Assembly: GCF_963921235.1 (NCBI RefSeq)
Contig: NC_086097.1
Location: 25,732,001 to 25,796,000 of the forward strand
DNA length: 64,000 bases
Reading direction: 5' to 3'
From: Mobula hypostoma
Lineage: Eukaryota
Shown here piece by piece: positions 37,005 to 49,793 of the stretch (position 1 is its first letter; every line of letters begins with the position of its first letter). Position numbers and translations under genes: made by a program. The notes below the pieces were generated by a model. The model did no database searches and had not been told where the DNA came from. It was given only the letters and a program-made list of their open reading frames with translations.

Positions 37005-39467
37005 TTATGTAATACTTAATACTTTAAGATCTTTCGTGCACTGGTTACATTGTGCAAAATTCATCTCCCAACTTTCAATTCCTACCAGTCTTCTGCAAGT
37101 CCTACGGCGATGGGGGAGTGGCGAAGCAACAGGTGGAGGTGACCACTGGGAGTTGTAGTCACAAACCCGCACGTAGGCTGCCTTTGGACAAGTGGTCGTT
37201 CTTCTCTGTACCCAGGGCAGCAGAGGGGTCCGGCAGCACCAATGGCGACTGAGCAGCCCTTTTCAGGACAGCACTGCTCACCCTTTGATAGGGAGAGGCC
37301 TAGAAAAGGTGGTTAATCATTGCCTGCCCTACAGACAGATAACTGGCCAGCTTGCCGCGGCTGGCAGTTCATCCGCCAATGCGGTTACACTCAAAAGAGA
37401 AGAAAGAAACTTCTGTTAGGATCATGGACTGTCCGCACACTCATGGACAGAGAGCACTCAGCAGGACCCCAAAGAAGAACAGCCCTTGTTGCCAAGAAAC
37501 TTTCACGCTACAACATCAACATCGCAAGTGAAACCAGGCTTGCAGAGGAAGGATCCCTGACTGAAACCACCAGCGGCTACACTTTCTTTTGGAAGGTAAA
37601 AGCGCAATATGAAGAGAGGATTCATGGAGGTTGATTTGCAGTCAAGTCCAGCTTCCTGAAACAACTCTCCGACCTGCCCGTGGGAATCAATGAAAGGCTT
37701 ATGTGGCTACGTCTGCCCCTCAGCCACAAATGTCACGCAACAGTCATCAGCGCTTATGCCCCCACTGTGACCAGCAAATACAAGACCACTGAACAGTTCT
37801 ACTCCGACCTTAGCTCTGTTCTGCGCTCAGTCCCTGCCAACGACAAACTAATCCTGCTCGGTGACTTCAATGCCCAAGTAGGCTGCGATCACAGTTGCTG
37901 GGAAGGGGTTCTAGGCAAACATGGTATTGGCAATATGAACAGCAATGGCCTCCTGCTCCTTAGCAAATGTGCAGAATACGACCTCCTCATCAAGAACACA
38001 GTGTTCAGGCTGGCGAACAAGTACAACACAACATGGATGCACCCAAGATCCAAACATTGGCACATGATTGACTACGTTATAGTACATTGCTGAGACATCC
38101 GGGATGTCCTCATCACCAGAGCCATGCGAGGAGCAGAGTGCTAGACTGACCACAGGCCACATTGAAGCTACATATTGCTCCCCACCATCCCAAGCGCCTT
38201 AAGTTCATCAGAACAGCTTTTCACACCACCAAGAGCCACTATATCTTTGCAAGTTCCAGACCACCCGTGATGAGAAGCTGTCTGCCAATGGACCACGAAC
38301 TGATGGGCCAACCCAGAAGTGGAATCAGTTTAGAGAGATGGTGACGGAGACAGCAAAATCATGCTGTTAAGGACCTAGACCTGGGTATTTACATAAGATA
38401 TCGCCTAGACGGATCAATGTTTGACCTGAGACGCCTTGCTGCAAAGACCAAAACGTTGAGGAGGCTCATCACTGAAGCCCTGTTTGCTGACGACTGTGCT
38501 CTCATGGCCCACCAGGAGAGCCACCTGCAGACGATTGTCAGCAAGTTCTCTGCAGCCTCAAAGCTGTTCAGTCTGACAATCAGCCTCGGTAAGACAGAAG
38601 TTCTCCTACAACCTGCACCAAACAGTCACCCTCCTCAGCCATGCATCACCATCGACGGCACTGTCCTGAAGAATGTGGAGAGTTTTAAGTATCTAGGAAG
38701 CACCATCTCCAGTGACGGATCCCTTGACAAAGCGATCATAGCAAAGATCCAGAAAGCCAGCCAGGCACTCGGGAAACTCCATGTCGAAGCTCTGGAGCAC
38801 AAGGACATTCAGCTTTCAACCAAGCTCAAGGTGTACAAGGCTGTGGTCCTCACCTCTCTCCTGTACGGCTGTGAAACCTGGACCCTGTACTGCAGGTACA
38901 TCAAACAGCTGGAACCGTTTCACATGCGCTCCCTGCGGTCGATCATGAGAATTCGATGGCAAGACCGAACACCAACCAGGAAGTCCTTGACAGAGCCAAC
39001 AGCACAAGCATTGAGGCAAGGATCCTGCAGGCCCAGCTACACTGGACTGGCCATGTAATCCACATGGGTGAAGCAAGAATCCCCAGGCAGCTGCTCTACA
39101 GTGAGCTTGAGCATGGCAGTTGCAATCAGGGCTGCCCCAAAAAAAGATTTAAAGACAATCTGAAGTCGTACATCAAATGGGCAGACTGCCAGCCTCAACA
39201 ACTTGAGGAGTCCACAGCCGACAGGGCTGTGTGGCATGCCCTGACCAGAAAAGCTGCATCTGACTTTGAGGATGACCGAAATCAGCACCTTGCAGCAGCA
39301 CGAGACTGACACCACAAAGCTGTGTGTGCACCTATTCTAACAACCGCCATTCCATGTCCAACCTGCAACCGCATGTGTGCTTCGGCCTTTGGCCTCCGAA
39401 GCCAACTGCGTATCCACAGATGACTGCACAATGTTTAGTCTTCCTCGGACCCCGAGAGACAACCACC
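37005..39467 (+). mobile_element. RTE (BovB-like) LINE with both ends and a large internal deletion
   Basis: APE motifs GSWTVRTLMD, ISAYAPT, LGDFNAQVG and TWMHPRSKHWHMIDY. RT C-terminal motifs LFADDCAL, FKYLGS and LLYGCETWT. Exact 32-bp TSD at 36973-37004 and 39468-39499. Confidence 0.92.
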
Positions 39468-42049
39468 ACAGAGTGGGTGGGAGAATGTAATACTAATACC
39501 TCAAAGAGTAGTTTCCTTAAAAACGTGGAATGCAAGAAACCAATATTATTTATTTTTAGACAGCACAACATGCATGTATGTATGAATACTGTCCATCTTA
39601 TGGTCAACATTTCTAACAGCATTGCTATGAAATTGTATATTTCAGTAGTCATAATTAAGTTTTATCAGTGAATAATACTTTCTGGATTTGTTGGCAGCTT
39701 TTGTTGTATGTGTATCCTAGTAACCAGTGCTTTAAAAACACAAAGTCAACAAAGCAAAGCCCTGAGCTCAATCCAGAAAGTAATAGTTGCATGTCTGCAA
39801 CACATCAGAAACACTGTTCACATACTTAATACCACAATGAAATGTATAGTAGCCAGTATTTCCAATACCTAGTGTATAACTAGGAAAATAATTTAATTGC
39901 TGGATGTGCTGTGCGGAATTAATGCATCAAAAATTAGCATTGTTAATAAGGTTTACAGAACTGTATCTACTTTGACGACAGATGCCTGCATTAAACTTCT
40001 GCAAGCTTTTCTCTTTTCAAAATCTGTTTCAATATTTTCTGAGTAACACACACAAAATGCTGGAGGAATTCAACAGGTCAGGCAGCATTTCTGTGTAGGA
40101 ATAAAGTTGATGTTTCAGGCCGAGCCCCTTTATTAGCACAGGAAAGGAAAGAGGAAGAAGTCAGAATTAAAAGATAGAAGGAGAGGAAGGAGTTACAATT
40201 GGAAGGCAATAGGTGAAGCCAAGTGAGGGGGAATGATCTGAGAAACTGGAAGATAATAGATTGAAAAGGTGAAGGGTAGAAGAAGAAGAAGGAATCTGAT
40301 ACGATCTGATCTGATAGGAGAGGAGAGTATTTTCTGGGATCTTTTCAAAATTCCATTATCTTTATCAACAAGATCTTAAAGTAAAATTTGCACAAGACAA
40401 TGGTACAAGCCCAGGTATTTGGAGGAATGTATTAGGGGATGTCAGAGTCAGTTTTTTTTTACTGTCAGAGTAGTGGACAGTTATTACGCTATAACAATCA
40501 GGTGCCTGAACCAGCGTTGGTATCTTCACGCACCTCAACAATTAACTGATTCTAAGACCTACAGACTCACTTCTAAAAAATTATTTCTAACTCAAGCTCA
40601 AGGTATTATTTTGATTTGCATATATCGAATCTCCTCACACTCCTAATTCAATTCAAGTTTAATTGTCATTCAACCATACATGAATACTCATGTGTACAGC
40701 CAAACGAAACAGCATTACTCCAGGGCCAAGGTACAAAACACAGAACCAACAGTCACACACAGCACAAAGCACACATAGCACATACAAGATAGACAGCACT
40801 TGTAAGCTATCAGTAACACAGAGCCCGGAAAAAAAAAAGTCCAGACCATGAGTCTGGTACTACTGCAGAAATCCGTAGTTGATGACAATAAAGCTTGCCT
40901 TCTGCCGAGCAAAAACCAGGGGGTCAGCACTTACTCCAGCCTGGGTGCTGTGCCCCAGTGGAGTGCACCAGCTTCAACGCCTCTCTCTTGACCGTAAACA
41001 GGCAACACTGCAGCTTGAGGCATCATCCTCACTACGACCAAGGCCACACAGCTCCCCACCCACCATTCGCCAATAAATCACTGAGATGAACTTGCAGCAT
41101 TCCTCATTAATAATGTCCAAAAGGCTCCCACAATCACAAGAAAAGCAACTAAGATGGTCACTCACTATTAGACTGCACGCTTCCTTCACGCACTGACTCC
41201 TCTGAAGCCTCTCTGATGCAAGTAGAAAAAGAATGTTTAAAAAGGACAGTAGCACCATTTGTTCACCCCATAGAAGCCACTGCAATTGAACGCGCTACTG
41301 TCTTACCAGAAGTCAAGCCACCGGTATGCCTTCTTTGTGATTGCATTAATGTGCTGTGTCCTGATAGATCCTCTGAAATGTGAACATTTGAGTGTAAGAC
41401 CGATCCTCTGAAAGGTTCACATTCAGGAATGTTAACTTATTGTTTAGCGAATACAAGGGTAGGGAAGTTATGCTTCAGCTATGTAGGGCATTGATGAAAG
41501 CACAACTGTACTTCTGAGGCCTTCATTGGTCAGAGTTGACCATGGATATTGTGTCTAAACACGCATGCCTGGGCAATTCAATATGGAGAGCAAGTTCCCC
41601 CCTCCACGCATCTAATGAACCCAAAGGAACGGCAGAGACCGATACAGTTTGGTACCAGAAGCATCGCGGGAATTGCCAGTCAGCATTGAACTCCATGTAG
41701 TACTGCCTTAGGGACTCCAGATCCAATCTTTCCCTTGGAATTTACTTCCTGAAGCTGAGGTTTGAGATCAGGGTTTTCCTTCTCCAAGATGAGTTGCCAA
41801 TCAAGGCTGACGAGACCCATCTGCCCAAAGCAACTGGTTTTAATGCGCCAGTAACCCGCCTTTCCCTTTTCTCCTGTCAGCAGATACGGCTCTGCTGGGC
41901 TTAGTAACTAAGCCACACATGAAGGCCAGAAGCTGAACTTGGTTGTCAGAGGTTATTAGAGGCACACGCCATTGGGAGCATTTAATAGGCAGTGGGAGCT
42001 TATCCTCACCACCACCCCTGCCTATAACAACATTAAGGAACAGCTGTAG

Positions 42050-44940
42050 TACTGCATACAATATTGGTCTACCTGTTTAAGGAAAGATAGTAATGTGCTG
42101 GAAACAATTCAAAGAGAGGGCATATAATATAGCAAAAATCAGTAGGAAGCTAGAGGATTGGAAAGGTTTCAAAAACCAACAGAAGACAACTAAAAAAGCA
42201 ATAATGAGGAAAAAGATGAAATATGAAGATAAGCTAGCCAATACTATGAAAGAGGACCAACATTTTTTTTCAGATGTAGAGTAAAAAGAGATGCAAGGGT
42301 GGACATCGGACTGCTGGAGAGATAGGAAAGGGGGAGACAGAAATGGCAGGCAAACTTAGTAAGTATTTTGTGTCAATCTTCACTATGGAAGACAACAGAA
42401 ATTTGAGAGTGCTAAGAGGCAAAAGTAAATGTAGTTGCTATTACTAGGGAGAAGGTACTTTTGAACCTGAAAGGTCTAAAGGTAGATGTCATCTTGACCA
42501 GAGGAACTACACCCCAGGGTTCTGAAAGAGGTAGCTGAAGAGATTGTGGAGCCATCAGTAATACAAAAATAAGCTAACCAATAATATTAAAGAGGATACC
42601 TAAAGCCTCTTCAAACACAAAGTCTAAAAGTGAGGTGAGAGTGGATGTCAGAACGCAGGAAAGCAATGCTGGAGAGGTAGTAATGAGGTACAAGAAAATA
42701 GCAGACAAACTGAATAAATATTTCGCATTAGTCTCACTGTGGCAGACACTAGCAGAATGGTAGAAGTTCCAGGCATGAATTCTGTGAAGTTACCATAACT
42801 AGACAGAAGATTCTTGGGAAACTGAAAGATCTGACGGTAAATAAGTCACCTGGACCGGATGGACTATACAGCAGGGTTCTGAAAGAGGTGGCTGAGTAAT
42901 GATCTTTCAAGAATCACTAGATTCTGGAATGGTTCCAGAAGACTGGAAAATTGCGAATTTTCTCTTTAAGAAGGGAGAGAGGCAGAAGAAAGGAAACTAT
43001 AGACCAGTTAGTCTGACCTCAGTGGTTGAGAAGATGTTGGAGTCGATCATTAAGGGTGAGGTCTCAGGGTACTTGGAGGCACATGATAAAATAGACTGTA
43101 GTCAGCATGGTTTCCTCAAGGGAAAATCTTGCTTGACAGATCTATTGGAATTCTTTAAAGAAATAACAAGCAGGGTAGACAAAGGAAAATCAGTTGATGT
43201 TTGTACAGAAAGCCTTTGACAAGGTGTTACATACGAGGCTGCTTAACAAGCTATTACAGGAAAGATTCTAGCATGGATAAAGCAGTGGCTGATTGGCAGG
43301 AGGCAAAAAGTGGGAATAAAGGGAGACTTTTCTGGTTGGCTGGTAGTGACTAATGGTGTTCCACAGGGTTCTGTGTTGGGACCAATTGTTTTTACATCAT
43401 ACAGTATGTCAATGATTTGGATGATGGAATTGATAGCTTTGTTGCAAAGTTTGCAAACATTATGAAGAAAGGTGGTGGGGCAGGTAGTTTTGAGGAAACA
43501 GAGAGGCTATGGAAAGACTTAGACAGATTAGGGGAACGGGTAAAGAAATGGCAGATGGAATACACTGTCGGCAAGTGTATGGTCATGCACTTTGATAGAA
43601 GAAATGAAAGCATTTACTATTTTCTAAATGGAGAGAAAATACAAAAAAATTAAGGTGCAAAGAGACTTGGGAGTCCTTGTGCAGGATTCTCTAAATATTA
43701 ATTTGCAGGTTGAGTCTGTGGTGAGGAAGACAAATGCAATGTTAGCATTCATTTCAGGAGGATTAGAATATAAAAGCAAGGATGTAATTTTGAGACTTTA
43801 TAAAGCACTGGCGAGGACTCACTTGGAATCTTGTGAGCAGTTTTGGGTCCCTTATCTTAAAAAGGATGTGCTGAAACTGGAGAGGGTTCAAAGGAGGTTC
43901 AGGAATATGATCAGGCAACACACGTAAAAGTTGCTGGTGAACACAGCAGGCTAGGCAGCATCTCTAGGAAGAGGTACAGTCGACGTTTCGGGCCGAGACC
44001 CTTCGTCAGAACTTGGCCCGAAACGTCGACTGTACCTCTTCCTGGAGATGCTGCCTGGCCTGCTGCATTCACCAGCAACTTTTATGTGTGTTGCTTGAAT
44101 TTCCAGCATCTGCAGATTTCCTCATGTTCACGAATATGATTCCAGGATTGAATGGCTTGTCATATGAAGAGCGTTTAATGGCTCTGGGCCTTTGTTCACT
44201 GGAATTAAGAAGAATGAGTGGTGGCCTCGTTGAAACCTATTGAATAGTGTAAGGCCTTGATAGAGTGGATGTGGAGAGAATGTTTCTGATGATGGGAGGG
44301 TCTAAATATAGGGGTGTCCTCTTAGAACGGAGATGAGGAGGAATTTAGCCAGAGAGTGGTGAATAAGTGGAATTCTTTGCCACTGGCAGCTGTGGAGGCC
44401 AGGTCTTTATGTATATTTAAGCCAGAGGTTAATAGTTTCTAGGATGGTCAGGGCATGAAGGGATTCAGGAAGAAGGTAGGAGATTGGGGCTGAGAAGAAA
44501 GTTGAATCAACCATGATGAATTGGCAGAGCAGACTCGATGGCTTAATTCTGTTCCTATATCTTATGGTCTGATGATCTTATGGTAATGATCTTTCAAGAA
44601 TCACCAGATCCTGGATGGTTCGGATGGCTGGAAAGTTGCAAACTTCAATCCATTCTTTAAGAACGGAGGAGGCAAAAGACTGGAAATTATAGGCTGGCAA
44701 GCCTGACTTCAGTGGTTAGGAGGATTTTGGAGTCCATTATTAAGGATGAGATTATGGGATACTTAGAAGCAGGTGATAAAATAGGTCGAAGTCAGCATGG
44801 TTTCTTGCCTGACAAATCTGTTGGAATTCTTTGAGGAAATAATGGCAGATAAACAAAAGAGAGTCAGTAGATGTTTACCTGGATTTTCAGAAGGCCATTG
44901 ACAGGGTGCTGCACATCAAGCTTCAAAACAATGCCCAAGG
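42050..44940 (+). mobile_element. Tandem decayed CR1 ORF2 fragments
   Basis: NYRPVSLTS, QHGFLKGKSCLT and QRDLGVLV motifs. Confidence 0.88.
43912..44125. mobile_element. Penelope-derived fold-back insertion with hammerhead motif (43978-44013, minus)
   Basis: 80-bp inverted arms at 43915-43994 and 44015-44094. 15-bp TSD GTTCA(G/C)GAATATGAT at 43897-43911 and 44126-44140. Confidence 0.85.
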
Positions 44941-47447
44941 TATTACAATCAGATGAACATTGATCTTATTATGAGATGGAGTAGACTTAAGTGGCTAAAA
45001 TGGCGAATACTGCTTCTAGTGCATGTTTAACTGTTTGTATATTGAATATATTCAAAGATTCAAGTTTATTTATTACATATACAGTTAAATGTGCTGTTTG
45101 TGTTAAAAACAAAACACACCTGAGGGCAGCCTGCAAGTGTCACCACACATTTTGCGCCCACAGAGTATGCCCGTAATGCTCGGCAGAACAACACAGAGCA
45201 CAACCAGCAACAAAACAGTAACACCAAAACAAGCTCTATTCCTCCCTCCCACCCATACACACACACATACCATCTTCTAAACGCAAGACAAGTTGTTCCT
45301 CTTTGGCCTCCAGTGGGACTCGGATTTGGACTTGGACACACAGATAACGGGCTTCGACTACCCCACCAGATTTGCAGAGATATGCAGACCTGGTGCGCCG
45401 GCCAACGGGCCTCAATTTCTGGACACCTGATTTGCCTCGGATTTTCTCTGGCTCCCTCTGTCACAGTGGTTACTGGCACCGGCTCAACCCAAGAGTGCTA
45501 GACAACTGGCTCATGACTCAGCCCAGGAGCAGAGGAATGGCAGAATCTCCAAGAAGAGATGGAAACACAAGGTTAGGCATAGGAATAACTACAGAGCCTC
45601 GGAGGGACAACCAAGTGACACCGTGTGACAAACAATTCTCTGTAACACAGTCAGCGCTTACAGGTGTTTGAGAAACCTAGAAGATCAACATTCTACAGCA
45701 AGCCACTGGGCTTATGACACACTCAATGTCTACCTAGTCTCAGCCCTTAGAATCACATGTTCCATCGAGACTATCTGTCAATCTTCCAAACTCCAAACTC
45801 CATTCTGCCAACCTGCAAACCTTCCTTCACAAGACCATTCACCCGTCCCAAGAAACAACCCAAGAACCTTCTCTGAAATGCCTTTGGTGTATTTCTTCTT
45901 GTGCAAGAAGACCAAACCTCTACACATTACATCGGATGTGTCTCACCAATGACTTCTACACTTCTAGCAAAATTTCCCTATTGGAATTGGAAATGAAATT
46001 ACTTTATTACTGTCACATTTATCAAGATACAGTGATATTGTTGATATCACTGTCTTGATATTTGTCTGATATCTGTCAATATTTGTCTTGATATTGTTCA
46101 TACAGATCAATTCATTACATGGTACATTGAGTCAGTAAATCATCAGTCCAGATGAAGGATCTCAGCCCAAAATGTCAACTGTTTATTCCACTCCAGAGAT
46201 GCTGTCTGACCTGCTGAGTTCCTCCAGAATTTTATATGTGTTGCATTGAGGTAGTACAAGGTAAATCAGTAAGGGAATGCAGAATAGAGTGTAACAGCTA
46301 CGGAGAAAGTACAGTGTAGGCAGAAGATAAGGTGCAGGACCATACCAAGGCAGATTGTGAAATTAAGAGTCCATTTTATTATACTAGGGAAGAACTCAAT
46401 AGCCCTACAACAGCGAGATAGAATATGTCCTTGAGCCATTTGTATCTTCTGTCGATGGGAGACGAGAGATGAATGTCTGGAGTGGGTGGGATTTTTTAAC
46501 TTCTGTGATGAGAGTCCTTAACAAGGATGGTTTGGACCCAAATGCTGCAGTATCTGAAGCAAGGGTCAAGACATGGTATCAAACGGGATCAAGAATTGAG
46601 TACAAAATAAATGCTAGACGATATCACTTACGATTGAGCACCAAACCTCAGTGCTCTTTAAATACTCAATTCTAGGCACTATCCGTACTCCGGAGTGTTA
46701 GAGCATCTGAATCCCTGAAGTTGGCGGGGTTGAGAGCACCTGGTAATAGGACCCCGACCCCATGGCTGACTCTCAATGGCCACAGCTGCTCGGAGAGACG
46801 GTGATGGTAGTCGTGGATGAGAGCCAGATTCAAGAAGCCTCTTTCAGGCACACAGAACCTCTCCTTGGGTCTGAATCTTTCCCAGTCCGTGAGGTATTTC
46901 TGAACACTCCGAACAGTGCAAAAGTCTTCTCACTGTGAAGACCTGTTCCTATCGATAAGGGGTTGATAGTGGTGGGGCTAAGGAGCTTGTGCAGACATGT
47001 TTTAATTTAGAAAACGTGAAAAGTGGGATTGATTTTTGGGGTCTTGGGGACCTGCAAGGTGTAAATCGCTGGGTTTACTTCCCTCAGGACTTTGAAGGGT
47101 CCAATGAACTTGGACACCAACTTTCTAGACTCCTCCCGGAGAGAGGCAAATCATGAGTGGACAGCCAGGCCTGTTGCCCACATTGCAATGCGGTCCCTGT
47201 CTTCTTCAGTTCACCTTGGTCTCTGCCTTCTGTGTAGAAGCCAGCAAGATCTCTCTTGCCCTGCTCCATTTTTACTAGCAGAATTGGATGAGATCTACGG
47301 ACACAAGAACCCTGTTCTGGAAAGAGAGGTGGAGGATAACCAAACTGGCACTCAAAATGTGATATTCCATGCACTGAATGCTGTAAGGTATTGTGGATGA
47401 CCTCTGTCGCCTGGGACACCTCCTTGTAACTTGGGACACCTCCTTGT

Positions 47448-48126
47448 GGGAGGAGGAGGAGATGGCGGCGCGACGTAGCTTGCGCGGCCACTCCGGTGAA
47501 TGATATCTGTAATCTGTCAAGTAGGGTGCCATGCACAATCCTGATTTGATGGAGACAGACGTGAGAGAACGGAGGAACATCTGGAGAAACTTCTGAAATG
47601 CCTTTTTCGCTGCCGCTGTTACTGTGTGATCCAGAATCTCCGGAGGGGAAGACCTCGAATCCTTGGCTTTGCTTGTTGCTCGGCGGTCAGGATGGGGTTG
47701 AAGCGCTCGGCAGAGATGGTGCTCGGTGCTCGGTGTTGAAGGGCTGGTCAGAGGCTCAAAGTTTTCGGGCGGACTCAGAGTCCGCTGTGGTTGGGTGCTT
47801 CCAATGCATCGACAGTTGTCGGTGCCTGGAGGTTTATGGCAGAGAGAGTTTCTCCCTTCTGCCGCCTGCTATCAGGGACTATCGGGAGTCAATCGGAACT
47901 TTAAGACTCTTTTTTACCATTCCATGGTCTGCTCTTTATGAAATTATGGTATTGCTTTGCACTGCTGTAACTATATATTATAATTATGTGGTCTTGTCAG
48001 TGTTAGTCTTTAGTTTGTCTTGTTTTTTTTGTGATATCACTCTGTTGGAATATTGTATCATTTCTTAATGCATGCATGCATTTCTAAATGACAATAAATG
48101 AGGACTGAGTGTCCTCATAATCTAAT
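47448..48126 (+). mobile_element. Non-coding retroposon with 3' stem-loop and AATCT tail, copy 2
   Basis: Colinear with 17737-18375. Hairpin ATGAGGAC-TGAGT-GTCCTCAT at 48098-48118. Confidence 0.7.
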
Positions 48127-49793
48127 AGTTACATCATTCATCAGGTCTTTCTGAGGCTAGGCATCTTAGAGTATGTTCTAAATCTTGGTTGGTCCACTCC
48201 ATCTGGCCATTGGACTGTCGGTGAAACCCAGTGTAAAGACTTGCTCCTGCCCAATCAGCTTACAGAACGCCCTCTGGGGACCACGATCCAAGACAATGTC
48301 CATGGATCCTAAGGACCTGGTCCAGGACAAGCTCAGCTGTCTTCGTCTTAGCTTCTCCAAGGTAATGAACTTGCAAGCTTTCAAAAATTGATAGGCAAAT
48401 ACCATGACAGTCTTCCTTTGGATCGTGGAAGACCCATGACAAGGTCCATGGGGACATGCGCCCATGGTCTTTCCAGAACAGGTATGAGATGAAGGAGACC
48501 TTGAGGTTGAGTACAGGGCTCCTTGTTCCGGGCACACACCTCGCATGCTTGCATGTATTGCCAAACCTCTTTCATCATTCTGGGCCACCAATACCTCCTT
48601 TTGATAAACTTGAGGGTCCTGACAATCCCTGAGTGAGTGGATATTCTCGATGAATTACCCCATTGGAGTACATGGGACCAGACGTAACTTGGGACAAACA
48701 GGCAACCCGGAAGACCATTCTTGGGAACCTCCCCTTCTGCTTGGACCTTGTGAACAAGAGCATTGATCCTCCAATGAATTAGTGCTACCACCTTGGCCTG
48801 GGGGAAAAAATGGTGGTAGACTGCTCCCCTCATTCCAGTTTGTCGAACTGATGGGACAAGGAATCTGGCTTCTGGTTCTTTGACTCCAGTCGATAAGTCA
48901 GGATGAATTCAAAGTGGTTAAAGAACAAAGACCACCTGGTCTGCCTGGAATTCAGCATCTTGGCCTCCTGAATATAAGCCAGGTTCTTGTGGTGTGTTCA
49001 AATGATAAAAGAGTTCTTGGCCCCCTCCAGCCAGCGACAACATTCCTCTGAAGTAGGGGTCGCCAACCAGTCGATCTTTGAGACTTTCCCAGTAGATCCT
49101 GAAAAAAATGAAAAATACACAAATACATTATGCCTGATAAACCTTTTGATGCAAAAGCAAATTTTACCCCTAGAGCGCTTATGTGAGTCGTTTTTAACCC
49201 ACACTTAGTTGCTTTCCCTGGTTATTGTGTCTCTCTTTTTCCACTGCCCAGCATCGTGCGTCACATGTGTGCCGACATCATGTGATTATTGCTTCTGTCT
49301 GTCAAATTTCCATGGAGCGTGGCAGAGCTTCGTTTATCTTAAACATAAACGAACAAACGGGCAAACTGTCCAATGGCAAAAGAAAACAACACGTGTCGGT
49401 AAAAATGACTCACTTATGCAGTCATGACTTAACTAAAATTTGATCAACTTTAATCGGTTTTGACTCTATTATGCTGCTATTTATATTACGTCAGTTATGC
49501 AAAACTTTGATCAGTTGTATTGCTCTTTCTTTCTTTCGAATTTTTTGCCTTTGATAGCGTGAATTCATATTTAGCATTTCGGATAGTGTGCTAGTAATTA
49601 GCATTAATTTTAGTTTTTACTGAAAAATTAGTGCCTCTCTCTCTCTCTCTCTCTTTTGATTTAGCTGTTGTACTTTTTTCAGCGTAGATTGTGCTGCATC
49701 AAAGTGACCAATTAGATTAGATAACAGTACAGACTGTTGCAAACATCAATATACAGCACTTGCTGGTGATATCCTGCAAGGTAGCTAGCTAGC

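Noticed and set aside
45459..45630. TGTCACA...TGTGACA segment resembling a solo LTR
   Set aside because: No TSD and no second copy in the window, so it cannot be supported.
46146..46182. Hammerhead-like motif on the plus strand (also ~26180-26212 minus)
   Set aside because: Core boxes are mutated (CAGATGA at ~46150; AAAA in place of GAAA in both), so these are degenerate copies.
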